Below, in pieces: positions 30,919 to 40,730 of a stretch of DNA of 62,289 nt. Both the position numbers and the translations under genes were made by a program. Source of the DNA: Myxococcota bacterium (GTDB lineage Bacteria > Myxococcota > JACRCW01). The first letter of the stretch is position 1. Each line of letters opens with the position of its first letter. Below the pieces are notes generated by a model. The model made no database searches. It was given only the letters and a program-made list of their open reading frames with translations, and was not told the DNA's origin. The stretch covers positions 1 to 62,289 of the forward strand of contig JBFMGU010000025.1 of NCBI GenBank assembly GCA_040752415.1. Direction: 5' to 3'.

Positions 30919-32361
30919 TCAGGTCCGGAAGGCAATGAACATCCCGCTGTCGCCCCGCCGGACGAACAGGCGGACCATCTGTCCCTGCTGGATGCCCCGG
31001 GCCAGGCGGGAGAACGCGGCCACGTCGGAGGCGCTCTTCCCGTTGAGCTTCACGATGATGTCGCCCGGCGCCAGCCCGGCCTGGGCCGCGGGCGAGTCGC
31101 GCTCCACCGCCTCCACGACGACACCCTGGAAGTCCTTGGGCAGGCTCCACTTCTCGCGATGGGTCCCGGTGAGCTCGCTGACGCGCACACCCAGCACGGT
31201 CTCCGGCTCCGCGGGCGCGCCCCCGTTGCGCGCGGCCAGCAGCTGTTTCTCGTCGGGGCGGGCGGCCAGCGTGACCTTCACAACCCGCTCCTTCCCGTCG
31301 CGGATGAGCTTCAGCGGGACGGTCTTTCCCACGCCGGCCATGGCGGCCATGAGCGGCAGGTCGGCGCTGTGGCCCACCTTCTTGCCGTCAAACTCGACGA
31401 TGACATCTCCCGGCTCCACGCCCGCCTTGGCGCTGGGTCCCTCGTCGACCACCTGGCTCACCAGCGCGCCGCGTGCTGCGTCGAGGCCAAAGGACTGGGC
31501 CAGCTCCGGGGTGACCTTCTGGATGCTGACGCCGAGCCAGCTGCGCGTGACCTTCCCCTTGTCCTTGAGCTCGGGCAGGAGCGCCTTGGCCATGTTGATG
31601 GGGACGGCGAAGCCAATGCCCTGGCCCGCGGCGTTGATGGCGCTGTTGATGCCCACCACCTCGCCACGCAGGTTCATGAGCGGTCCGCCGCTGTTGCCGG
31701 GATTGATGGCGGCGTCGGTCTGGATGAAGTCATAGAGGCCGGAGCGGCCGGACGGACTGATGTCCCTGCGTCCCTTGGCGCTGATCATGCCGAACGACGC
31801 GCTGTGCTCCAGCCCAAAGGGGTTGCCAATGGCGACGACGAAGTCGCCCACCTCGAGCGAGTCGCTGTCGCCCAGCGGGAGCACGGGGAGGTTCTGTCCG
31901 TCGATCTTGAGGAGCGCGAGGTCGGTGGGAGGATCCGCGCCCACCACGCGCGCCTTGCGCGGCACGTCGTCATCCAGCAGGCGCACCTCAATGGTCTCCG
32001 CGTCTTCCACCACGTGCGCGTTGGTGACGATGTAGCCGGTGGGATGGATGATGAACCCGGTGCCCATGCCACGCACCTGGGGACGGGGCATGTCGCCGTG
32101 GAAGCGCTTGAAGAGGTCCGGCACGTCCTCGTCGATGTCGGGGTGACCGGGAGGGAGTCCGGAGCCGGCCTTGGCATTGGTGCTGATGTTCACCACCGCC
32201 GCCGAGGAGCGCTTGATGAGCGGCGCCATGGTGGGGACGGTGATGGTGTCGCGCTTCTGGTCCTCGGTGGATTTCTCCGTCCACAGCTTCTCCGCGCGCG
32301 CGGGCAGCGAGAACATCAACGCCAGGAACAACACCGCGCCGGAGCGCAGGGGGGACGTCAT
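30919..32361 (-). CDS. HtrA/DegP family serine protease with two PDZ domains
   Basis: [34 protein letters not shown], two PDZ domains. Confidence 0.95.
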   Translation of the reverse strand: MTSPLRSGAVLFLALMFSLPARAEKLWTEKSTEDQKRDTITVPTMAPLIKRSSAAVVNISTNAKAGSGLPPGHPDIDEDVPDLFKRFHGDMPRPQVRGMGTGFIIHPTGYIVTNAHVVEDAETIEVRLLDDDVPRKARVVGADPPTDLALLKIDGQNLPVLPLGDSDSLEVGDFVVAIGNPFGLEHSASFGMISAKGRRDISPSGRSGLYDFIQTDAAINPGNSGGPLMNLRGEVVGINSAINAAGQGIGFAVPINMAKALLPELKDKGKVTRSWLGVSIQKVTPELAQSFGLDAARGALVSQVVDEGPSAKAGVEPGDVIVEFDGKKVGHSADLPLMAAMAGVGKTVPLKLIRDGKERVVKVTLAARPDEKQLLAARNGGAPAEPETVLGVRVSELTGTHREKWSLPKDFQGVVVEAVERDSPAAQAGLAPGDIIVKLNGKSASDVAAFSRLARGIQQGQMVRLFVRRGDSGMFIAFRT

Positions 32362-32485
32362 GGAACCTCCAGGGCGGAACCGCATCCTCGTCGAATAGCG
32401 TGAGGCCGTACCGGTGGCACGGACAACACGTGGGAGGGAAGCGGCCATCCCCGGGTTTATGACGTGATGCGCCGGCGACGCAGGC

Positions 32486-32905
32486 TCACAACCGCGACGC
32501 CACGGGCTTGCGCGCGGCGGGCTCCGGGCTGGCCTTCCCGCCGGCAATGATGTCGTCCAGGCGCTTGCGGTCTTCCGGCGTCACCCGCTCCAGCGCGGTG
32601 GGCACGGGCGCGCGGTCCACGTATTGCGGGCGTGGTGGCGTCGTGGCGGCGGGAGTGGGCGTGGGCTGCGCCACCACGGCGGGCGGCGGGGACTGGCCGG
32701 GCGGTCGCAGGTTGCCCTTGGCCTTCACCACGCGCGGCTCGGGCTTGGGCTTGGACGGCGGTGGTCGCTTCACGCCGAGCACGTCGTCCAGGAGCGCGGT
32801 GGCCTTGTCCATGACGGCGCCACGCAGCTTGTCGTCGCGCCACACCGCCCCGGCACCGAGCACCAGGGCCCCCAGCAGCACCGCCGTGAACATGAACCGG
32901 AACAC
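32486..32905 (-). CDS. Membrane-anchored Pro-rich hypothetical protein
   Basis: N-terminal TM, Pro-rich linker, VTPEDRKRLDDII; GGAGG SD. Confidence 0.7.
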   Translation of the reverse strand: MFRFMFTAVLLGALVLGAGAVWRDDKLRGAVMDKATALLDDVLGVKRPPPSKPKPEPRVVKAKGNLRPPGQSPPPAVVAQPTPTPAATTPPRPQYVDRAPVPTALERVTPEDRKRLDDIIAGGKASPEPAARKPVASRL

Positions 32906-33008
32906 GGGTTTCCTCCGCGGCCAAGGTCGAGATGGCGGTGAACCTAGGGGACAGCGGAAGCGGGGGCGAGTTTTTGGCCGCGCTCGTCGATCAGTGGGCC
33001 CACGAACA

Positions 33009-33346
33009 CCAACTGGGAGGACCGCTGTGGGACCGTGGTGTTCCTGTGAACTGTGGGCTGCCGTTGTGCTGGCTGCACCGCTTCAAAGCCCACAGCATGC
33101 CAGGGACGCGTAAGCCCCGATGCGAGCAGAGCTCGTCGGGGCTTCTTCCGTTGGTGGAACCGCGGCGTTTCCGACGAGGTCGACACCGTGGAACGAATCC
33201 ATCAATGGAAGAAGCCCCGACGAGCTCTGCTCGCATCGGGGCTTACGCGTCCCTGGCATGCTGTGGGCTTTGAAGCGGTGCAGCCAGCACAACGGCAGCC
33301 CACAGTTCACAGGAAAACCCGGTCCCCCGCGGCCTCCCCAGTTTGG
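33009..33346. repeat. Large palindrome with perfect 109-bp arms (33041-33149 / 33207-33315); REPIN/MITE-like
   Basis: Arms are exact reverse complements; each holds GTAAGCCCCGA...TCGGGGCTT and CTGTGGGCT...AGCCCACAG hairpins; imperfect pairing extends outward. Confidence 0.92.
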
Positions 33347-33352
33347 AGCAGC

Positions 33353-33595
33353 TCAGCCCTTTCCGCGCTTCGCGTGCTCCATCAGCTTGGCCCGCGGTCT
33401 CCCCGCCAGCGTGGGCTCGTCGCGCAGGTGCTCGCTGGCCTCGTCGGCGTTGGCCTGCTCTTCCGCCTCACGCTTCTCGCGCGCGGCGTCCTTGGCGGCC
33501 TTGGCCTCGCGGACCAGGCGCTCCACCTCTTCCTTCTTCGGTGCGCGCCGGTCGGAGACGGTGGCGTCGGGATCATCCTTGCGACGATTGCTCAT
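33353..33595 (-). CDS. Small charged hypothetical protein (80 aa)
   Basis: MSNRRKDDPDATV...; coiled-coil-like; directly follows the KOW gene. Confidence 0.6.
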   Translation of the reverse strand: MSNRRKDDPDATVSDRRAPKKEEVERLVREAKAAKDAAREKREAEEQANADEASEHLRDEPTLAGRPRAKLMEHAKRGKG

Positions 33596-33612
33596 GTCCT
33601 GCCCCCGCGCGC

Positions 33613-34530
33613 TCACACCGCCTGCGCGTCCTTGGCGTCGACCTTCACGCTCACCAGGCCCACCTGCACCTTGAGGACGCCCTTCTTGTCCACCTCCTCC
33701 ACGGTGCCCTGCCGACCCGACCACAAGCCGCTCAGGATCTTCACCCGGTCGCCCACCTGGTACTGCGTGGCCTTGCGGGCTTCCTGCTTGTGCTCCTTGA
33801 TGGCCTTCTGCGCCTGGATGAAGTCGTGATCCCGGGCCCACGCGCCAAAGCGGTACACCGGCAAGAGCGTGCGCAGGTCCGCCGCCAGCACTTCCGGCAG
33901 TGCGTCGGTGGCGGTGGTGCGCGGGTGCTGGCGGAAGACGGTCATGGGCGCGTCGGTCTCCAGCGCCTTCTGCAGCTCCAACACCACGTCCACCGTCACC
34001 TTGCTGGAGTCCATGGCCTCCGCGCCCGGCAACACCAGCGTGAAATCCCCCGGCAGACCCTGCAGCAGCTTCGCGTACGCGTCCTGCGCCCAGCCCTCGG
34101 ACAGGCGTGCCTTCAGGTTCTGGCGGTCCACCTGGCCGCGCGGGTGCAGGGAGAGCAGGCTCTTGATGCCCACATCGTCGACCACCAGCCCCAGCGCGGC
34201 GTGCTTGTGGAACACCGCCACGTCCAGCGCCACGGTGCTGCGGAGCGAGAGCTTCTCCACCAGCGCCCTGACGCCTTCCTGGTCGGCCTTGCTGCGGATG
34301 AGATAGACGCCCTGCTCCGCCACGCTGCGGTTGTTCTCCAGGGACGGCGTCTCCGACGAGAACACGGTGTCGAAAGCGACGGCCTCCTCGCCCAGCCGGG
34401 CCTGGACCTCCGTCATCAGGACCTTGAGCTTGTCGCGCACCTGGCGCCGGGCCAGCGTGTACATGGCGCTGGTCCGGTGCTGTGGCCGGTAGGTCTCGAA
34501 GTCCTTCTCGGTGAAGCCCTCGAACCCCAT
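33613..34530 (-). CDS. Protein with YktB/DUF1054-like N-terminus and C-terminal KOW motif
   Basis: MGFEGFTEKDFETY start; C-terminal YQVGDRVKILSGLWSGRQGTVEEVD..LKVQVG (KOW). Confidence 0.75.
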   Translation of the reverse strand: MGFEGFTEKDFETYRPQHRTSAMYTLARRQVRDKLKVLMTEVQARLGEEAVAFDTVFSSETPSLENNRSVAEQGVYLIRSKADQEGVRALVEKLSLRSTVALDVAVFHKHAALGLVVDDVGIKSLLSLHPRGQVDRQNLKARLSEGWAQDAYAKLLQGLPGDFTLVLPGAEAMDSSKVTVDVVLELQKALETDAPMTVFRQHPRTTATDALPEVLAADLRTLLPVYRFGAWARDHDFIQAQKAIKEHKQEARKATQYQVGDRVKILSGLWSGRQGTVEEVDKKGVLKVQVGLVSVKVDAKDAQAV

Positions 34531-34751
34531 GGTGGGTCCCTCCACACCCCGTCACGCCCTGCCCCAACCCGGGGCCCAGCGGCCCGCCTGCATCCCGTAA
34601 TCCCCGACCAAACGCAAGCGCGACCACCCAAGCCCGCTCAAGTCCCACCGGCCGCGTGCCGAACCACACCGCGGAGGATGGTCCGCACCCCCTTCCCGGA
34701 GTTCGCGCGGGGGGCGGTTTGGGAGCGTGCAACGTGAGCGATGTCGCCGTG

Positions 34752-37151
34752 ATGACGCCGGTGTCCCAGGGCAACGCAGCCCCAGGCTTGACCGGCGGCC
34801 TGGCCCTTCCCGCAACCCAGGACGTCCTGGAGCGTCCCACCGTGCCCGCGCTGCCCGTGCTGCGGCGCGCCTGCCAGCGTGGGGTCTCCGCGCTCCTGCG
34901 TCCCCAGGGCTCCGCCTGGTGCTGGGAGGCCACTCCGCGCAGCCTGCTGTTCGAGGGTGGATGCTGGTGGCTGGAGCTGCAGTGGCTCCCGGAAGGCTTC
35001 AGCAAGCACCTGGATGGCCGTGTCTCCCTGAGCCTGATGCTGCCCCACCGCGGATACATGACGCCGCCGCAACGGGTGCGACGCGGCGTGCGCGACGACG
35101 TCATCCTGATGGAGGTTCCTAGCCGCCTGATGCGCGCGCCGCGGAGGCGGGAGCTGCGGCGTGATGTGGCCGCCCGACGTGAGCTGGTCTGCCTGCTGCA
35201 ACCGCTGCGCGGCGGGGAGCGGGAGATCCTCTCCGTGCTCGACGTCAGCGCGCACGGTCTGCTGCTGGAGTGTCCGTTCTCCGCCATGGGCTGGCGTCCC
35301 GGCGACCTGGCCACAGGCGCGCTGATTGCCGACGGGAAGACCGTGCTGGAGATGAACGCGCAGGTGGTCTACCGGCTGCCGGTGATCCGTCGCAACGGCG
35401 ACCGCATCTGGCGCCTGGGCATCACCTTCCGTGACTGCAACGGCATGACGCCCCGCCAGTCCGGCGCGCCGGTGGGCTGGGACCCCGCCGCCGAGCTGGT
35501 CTCCCAACCCGCCGAGGTGCAGCGACTCCTGCGCGCCTGTGAGCGCACCGGGATGCACGCGGTGCTGCGCATCAACGGTGAGGACGTGCCCGGCTCCATG
35601 GTGATTGCCGGCGCGGACCTCTCGCCCGGGCTGTGGTTCGTCCCCTCGCGCCGCGGCATGCGCCCCACCACCGTCGACGCGCAGCTGGAGTTCTCCCTCT
35701 ACGCCACCTCGCTGGTGGGCCCCACGCGCGTGCTGCGTCTGCACCAGGGCTGGCTGGAGCTGTCCACGCCGCCGTTCCTGCAGCGCGTGGTCCGGCGACG
35801 ACAGCGGCGCCTGGCGCCCGCGCAGGACGGCAGGGTGAAGGTGGATCACCCCGTGCTGGGAAGGCGGAGCTACCGCCTGCGCGACGTGAGCTGGGAAGGC
35901 CTCTCCATGCAGCAGGAGGAGGGTCGCGCGGAGCTGGTGCGGCCCGGCATGACCATGCGCAACCTGCGCGTGCAGGCGGAGGGCACGGTGGTGCGCATTC
36001 CCACCGCGCAGGTGCGCAGCGTCGACGGCAACCGCGTGGGCCTGGAGTTCGGCCCGCTTGGCGCCAGCCAGGAGTCGGACCTCACCACGCTGCTCCTCAA
36101 GCTGGGCCACCCCGACGTGGAGCACCCCCGCGCCGACGAGGCGGGCTGGCTGCTGGACTTCTACCTGGAGCGCGCCGCGGGCGGATTGCGCGGTGATTAC
36201 TGGATTCGTCGTCGGGATGACGTGAAGCGCACCTGGGAGAGGCTGTTCGCCCGTCCTTCCAACGTCTACCGCACGCTGGTGATGCGCCACCGCGGAGAGA
36301 TCGCCATCAGCTCCGCGTACGTGCAGGCCTATGACCACACGCTGCTGGGCCAGCACATGGTGGCGGCGGTGCGCGGCATGAAGGCGCCGGTGCGTCAGCT
36401 GGTGGCGGCGCAGTTCGAGATGTTCGACTGGAGCCACATGCGCTGGCAGCTGGCGGTGCTGCACCGTCACAACAAGGGCTCCAACGCGCTCTTCCAACCC
36501 GGCGCGCAGACCTCCTCCCGCTGGTACGCCCGACGGGACGTGGACATCTACGCGCTCCCCAACCCCGCCAATGTGCCGGAGCCGCAGCCCACCGCGGGCG
36601 TCAGCGTGACGTCGCTGCAGGAGGCCGATGAGCCCCAGGTGGCCCGCTGGATCCGCGCCATGGAAGGCGACGCGTGGGCCGACGTGGAGTCCGTCCATCC
36701 CGGCCAGATGCACCTGCGCCGGACCGCACGCGCCTACCAGCGCCTGGGCTTGATGCGGGAGCGGGAGTGGCTGGTGCTGAGCGAGCACGGAGAGGTGGCC
36801 GCCGCGGTGAGCGTGCAGCGCGCCACGGTGGGCCTGGCCTACAGCCAGCTGCTCAGCACCGGACGTCTCTACGTGCTCAGCCCGCGCGCGTCCCAGGCGG
36901 GACTGCGCCAGCTCATCCGCGCCGCGGTGAAGTGGTACCGCGACCACGACGAGGAAATGGTCTGGTGGCTCACCGCGCGCCCCGAGGAACGCGCCGCGCT
37001 CGAAGCGGAAGGCTTCCTCCACAACGACGCATGCGTGGCACTGGCCGTGCATCGCAATTGCTTCCAGGCGTACCAGCATGGGCTGGCGCAGGAGATGGGC
37101 GCGGGTCTGGGCATGTCCGCGTTGGATGGAAACGGAAGGAGCGAGTCATGA
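34752..37151 (+). CDS. Tandem PilZ-domain protein with C-terminal putative GNAT-like region
   Basis: Two RxxxR + DxSxxG pairs (RRRELRR / DVSAHG; RRRQRR / DVSWEG); C-terminal alpha/beta region (HNKGSNALF, ALEAEGF); start codon uncertain. Confidence 0.7.
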   Translation: MTPVSQGNAAPGLTGGLALPATQDVLERPTVPALPVLRRACQRGVSALLRPQGSAWCWEATPRSLLFEGGCWWLELQWLPEGFSKHLDGRVSLSLMLPHRGYMTPPQRVRRGVRDDVILMEVPSRLMRAPRRRELRRDVAARRELVCLLQPLRGGEREILSVLDVSAHGLLLECPFSAMGWRPGDLATGALIADGKTVLEMNAQVVYRLPVIRRNGDRIWRLGITFRDCNGMTPRQSGAPVGWDPAAELVSQPAEVQRLLRACERTGMHAVLRINGEDVPGSMVIAGADLSPGLWFVPSRRGMRPTTVDAQLEFSLYATSLVGPTRVLRLHQGWLELSTPPFLQRVVRRRQRRLAPAQDGRVKVDHPVLGRRSYRLRDVSWEGLSMQQEEGRAELVRPGMTMRNLRVQAEGTVVRIPTAQVRSVDGNRVGLEFGPLGASQESDLTTLLLKLGHPDVEHPRADEAGWLLDFYLERAAGGLRGDYWIRRRDDVKRTWERLFARPSNVYRTLVMRHRGEIAISSAYVQAYDHTLLGQHMVAAVRGMKAPVRQLVAAQFEMFDWSHMRWQLAVLHRHNKGSNALFQPGAQTSSRWYARRDVDIYALPNPANVPEPQPTAGVSVTSLQEADEPQVARWIRAMEGDAWADVESVHPGQMHLRRTARAYQRLGLMREREWLVLSEHGEVAAAVSVQRATVGLAYSQLLSTGRLYVLSPRASQAGLRQLIRAAVKWYRDHDEEMVWWLTARPEERAALEAEGFLHNDACVALAVHRNCFQAYQHGLAQEMGAGLGMSALDGNGRSES

Positions 37152-37957
37152 CGGTTCAGCGCGCATACCACCTGTCCACGTCGGAGGATCCCGCGCGGGA
37201 GAAGGCCCGCCTGGCGGTGCAGGCCCGCGCCACCGGCAACGCCGAGCGCGACGCGCTGCTGGAAGCGGGCATTGAGACCAGCCAGGTGCTGCTGGAGCTG
37301 GGCTGCGGTCCCAACCTCGCCACCGGCATGCTCGCGGAGCTGGCGCCCCAGGCACGCATCATCACCCTGGACTACGACCAGCGCTCGCTGGCGTCGGGTG
37401 GGCCCCGTCGGGTGAGCGTGGGCTCCCGTGTGGTGCCGGTGTGTGGCGACGTCACGCAGCTCCCGCTCACGCCCGCCTGCGCCGACTTTGCGTACATGCG
37501 CTTCCTGCTGCAGCACGTGAAGGACCCGCGCGCGGCCTTGCGCCAGGCCATGAGCGTGGTGGGAGAGCACGGCGTGGTGTGCGCCCTGGACGGAGACTTT
37601 GGCGTCCTCACGGTGCACCCGGAGCTCCCGGCAGTGGCCCACGCGGTGGCGCTGGACCTGCTCACGCATTCCGCGCGCGGCGGCGACCGGCGCATCGGCC
37701 GCAAGCTGGTGGATCACTTCCACGCCGCCGGTCTCGTCGACATCCAGGCGCGCACGGTCATGGCCACCAGCGCGGAGCTGGGACGTGAGCGCTTCCGCAC
37801 GCTGTTCCTGGACCCGCTGCTGGCCGCGTCGCCGGCCGAGCTGCAGAACGCCGCGCGCGCGGAGCTGGACACGTGGGTGGCGGATCCCCGCTCCTTTGCC
37901 CTGCTGGCTGGCGTGATGGCATGGGGAAGGAATGCCGGAGGGAGCCATGCCAGCTGA
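37148..37957 (+). CDS. Class I SAM-dependent methyltransferase
   Basis: EKARLAVQA, LLELGCGP, GDVTQLPL, DFAYMRFLLQHVKDP; ATGA overlap with the upstream gene. Confidence 0.88.
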   Translation: MTVQRAYHLSTSEDPAREKARLAVQARATGNAERDALLEAGIETSQVLLELGCGPNLATGMLAELAPQARIITLDYDQRSLASGGPRRVSVGSRVVPVCGDVTQLPLTPACADFAYMRFLLQHVKDPRAALRQAMSVVGEHGVVCALDGDFGVLTVHPELPAVAHAVALDLLTHSARGGDRRIGRKLVDHFHAAGLVDIQARTVMATSAELGRERFRTLFLDPLLAASPAELQNAARAELDTWVADPRSFALLAGVMAWGRNAGGSHAS

Positions 37958-40727
37958 GAAGCAGGAGGTCAGTCGCAGGTTCTTTGGTGCGCTGCTGGGC
38001 GTGGCCCGGACCCGCCTCGGTGAGGCGCAGATCGAGGAGCTGCTGACCGGCACCGGGATGACGCTGAAGGACCTCACGGACGAGGGCGGATGGGTCTCGC
38101 TCGCGTTCACGGAGCAGTTCCTGGAGCGTCTCGTGGAGCGCTGGGGCGGCGAGGACCTCCTGCGCGTGGTGGGTGAGGTCACCTTCACCGGCCCCCACTT
38201 CGGCTACCTGGCCTCCGTCTTCCGCACCGCCGACCCCGGCCCCAACTACCGCCAGGCGGTGCAGATGACCGCCATGTTCAACAAGGTGGGCCGCTTCGAG
38301 ATCTCGGGGGAGAGCGCGCGCTCCATGGACCTGCGCTACGTCCCCGTCGACGACGAGCACCGGGAGACGCGCCGCCACTGCTGCATCCTGCGCCAGCACC
38401 AGCTTGCCGGCGTCCCGCGCCTGCTGGGTCTGCCTTCCGCGCAGGTCACCGAGAGTGAATGCGTGGTCCGCGGCGACACGGCGTGCGTCTACCACGTGCA
38501 CTGGGAGTCGGCGCGGCCGCGCTGGGGTGAGATCGTCGGTGGGGCCGCGCTGGCCGTGGGCGTGCTGGGTGCCGCGTTCGCCCCCACCGCGCTGGCCGCG
38601 CAGCTCGGTGTGTGCCTGGGCGTGTGCGGTTTCCTGGCCGGCGCGCTGGTCACCACGCGGCAGCGGTTGCGCGCGGTCAATGCGCTGGCGGAGGAACGCG
38701 GCGTGGCGGTGAAGCGCTCCACCGCCGTGCTCGAGAAGAAATACGCGGAGCTGCTCGCCGCCAAGCGGGAGGTCGACGCCAAGGTGGATGAGCGCACCGC
38801 GCAGCTGCGTGAGACTGGCCACCAGCTGGAACAGTCGCTCGCGCAGCTCCAGACGCTCACCAAGCAGAAGGACACGTTCTTCGAGAATGTCAGCCATGAG
38901 CTGCGCACGCCGCTGACGCTCATCCTGGCGCCGCTGGAAAGCATCCTGGCCGGGGAGATGGACGCGGCGCAGCAGCGTGAGGCCATGAACGCCATGTTGC
39001 GCTCCGGCCGGCGCCTGCACCGCCTCATCAACCAGCTCCTGGACCTCGCGCGCGCCGACGTGGGCCGCCTGACCGTCCGCCTGCAGAACGTGGAGCTCTC
39101 CGACCTGCTGCGTGAGCTGGTGGGGCAGTTCCAACCCGCGGCGCAACACGCCGGACTCACCCTGGAGCTCAACTCCCCGCATGACGCCACCGTGATTGGC
39201 GACGGGGAGCGGCTGGAGGAGATCTTCACCAACCTGCTGGGCAACGCGCTGAAGTGCACGCCGCAGGGGGGAACCATCCGCGTGGAGGTTCAGCGCGTGG
39301 AAGGTCGGGTGAAGGTGACGGTGGCGGACACCGGCGTGGGCATCCCGCCCGAGGATCTCTCCCGCATCTTCCAGCGCTTCGCGCGCGTGGAGCGACAATC
39401 CCGCGGGGAGGGCACTGGCATCGGCCTGGCGCTGACCCAGGAGCTGGTCCGCCTCCACCACGGCGAGATCAGCGTGCGGAGCGAGGTTGGGAAGGGCACC
39501 ACGTTCACCGTGGACCTTCCCGCCGGCAACAACGCGGAAGTGGCGCAACGCGTGGCCCGCGCCCCACGACCCATCCTGGATGAAGCGCCAGTCACCTTTG
39601 CCGATCCGCCGCACACGCCCACCGGTGAGCGCGAGGACGCACCGCTGGTCTACGTGGTGGAGGATCATGACGATCTGCGTCGCTATGTCACGGAGCTGCT
39701 GTCCCGCGCCTTCCGCGTCCAGGCCTTCCCCGACGCGGAGTGCTGTCTGAAGGCGCTGCAGGGCACGCACCCCGACGTGATCGTCAGCGACGTCATGATG
39801 CCGGGCATCACCGGCGTGGAGCTGGCGCGGCGGCTGAAGGCGGACACCAACACGCGCGGCATCCGCATCATCCTGGCCACCGCGCGCGGCAGCGGTGACG
39901 ACGCGGTGGCGGGCCTGGACGCCGGCGCCGACGACTACGTGCGCAAGCCGTTCTCCCCGCCGGAGCTGCGCGCGCGCGTCCGCACCCAGTGCCAGCTCAA
40001 GCGCCTCACCGAGCAGCTCATCAACTCGGAGAAGCACGCGCTGATTGGCACCTTTGCCGCCGGCCTGGCGCATGAGGTCCGCAATCCCGCCGCCGCCATC
40101 CAGGGCTGCGTGGAGCCGCTGCGTCGCCTGGTCACGCGTCACCTGCCCAACCCGCCGCCCGCGCTGCAGGAGGCGTTGCGCGTGGTGGATGAGTCGGCCG
40201 GCCGCATCACCTCGCTGGTGCGCGACGTGCTGGACTTTGCCCACGTCAACCGCGCGCAGGTCAGCCCCTACGACATCAACCAGGGCATCGAGACGTGCCT
40301 GCGCATCCTGGGGCACCGCCTCAATGGCCACGTGGAGGTGGTGCGGCACCTGGACTACGCCGCGCCGGTGCACTGCCAGCCCGCGCTCATCAACCAGGCC
40401 GTGATGAACCTGTTGGACAACGCGGCGCGGGCCGTGGCGTCGGGCGGAAGGATCGAGGTGCGCACTTCTCCCGCGGAAGGCGGCGTCAACGTGGTGATCC
40501 AGGACAGCGGGCCGGGCATTGACGCCCGCACCCTGCGACACGCGTTCGACCCGTTCTTCACCACCCGCCCGCCGGGTGAGGGCACCGGGCTGGGATTGCC
40601 GCTGAGCCGCCAGATCGTCGAGGCGCACGGCGGGAGACTCACGCTCTCGTCGGAGCCGGGGGTGGGCACGGTGGCCAGCGTCTGGCTCCCCGCCCAGCCC
40701 AGCAGCACGCAGCAGCAGGAGGTCTGA
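37947..40727 (+). CDS. Hybrid sensor kinase: HNOX/V4R-like sensor - 2 TM - HisKA/HATPase - REC - HisKA/HATPase
   Basis: CCILR...ESECVVRGDTACVYHVHW (V4R-like); VSHELRTPL, NLLGNALK, DTGVGI, GTGIGL; VEDH / SDVMMP / KPF; LAHEVRNP, DSGPGI, GTGLGL. Confidence 0.9.
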   Translation: MPAEKQEVSRRFFGALLGVARTRLGEAQIEELLTGTGMTLKDLTDEGGWVSLAFTEQFLERLVERWGGEDLLRVVGEVTFTGPHFGYLASVFRTADPGPNYRQAVQMTAMFNKVGRFEISGESARSMDLRYVPVDDEHRETRRHCCILRQHQLAGVPRLLGLPSAQVTESECVVRGDTACVYHVHWESARPRWGEIVGGAALAVGVLGAAFAPTALAAQLGVCLGVCGFLAGALVTTRQRLRAVNALAEERGVAVKRSTAVLEKKYAELLAAKREVDAKVDERTAQLRETGHQLEQSLAQLQTLTKQKDTFFENVSHELRTPLTLILAPLESILAGEMDAAQQREAMNAMLRSGRRLHRLINQLLDLARADVGRLTVRLQNVELSDLLRELVGQFQPAAQHAGLTLELNSPHDATVIGDGERLEEIFTNLLGNALKCTPQGGTIRVEVQRVEGRVKVTVADTGVGIPPEDLSRIFQRFARVERQSRGEGTGIGLALTQELVRLHHGEISVRSEVGKGTTFTVDLPAGNNAEVAQRVARAPRPILDEAPVTFADPPHTPTGEREDAPLVYVVEDHDDLRRYVTELLSRAFRVQAFPDAECCLKALQGTHPDVIVSDVMMPGITGVELARRLKADTNTRGIRIILATARGSGDDAVAGLDAGADDYVRKPFSPPELRARVRTQCQLKRLTEQLINSEKHALIGTFAAGLAHEVRNPAAAIQGCVEPLRRLVTRHLPNPPPALQEALRVVDESAGRITSLVRDVLDFAHVNRAQVSPYDINQGIETCLRILGHRLNGHVEVVRHLDYAAPVHCQPALINQAVMNLLDNAARAVASGGRIEVRTSPAEGGVNVVIQDSGPGIDARTLRHAFDPFFTTRPPGEGTGLGLPLSRQIVEAHGGRLTLSSEPGVGTVASVWLPAQPSSTQQQEV

Positions 40728-40730
40728 CCC

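Noticed and set aside
32932..33674. Short ORFs with duplicated peptides across the 33-kb palindrome
   Set aside because: Artefacts of the inverted repeat giving the same translation on both strands
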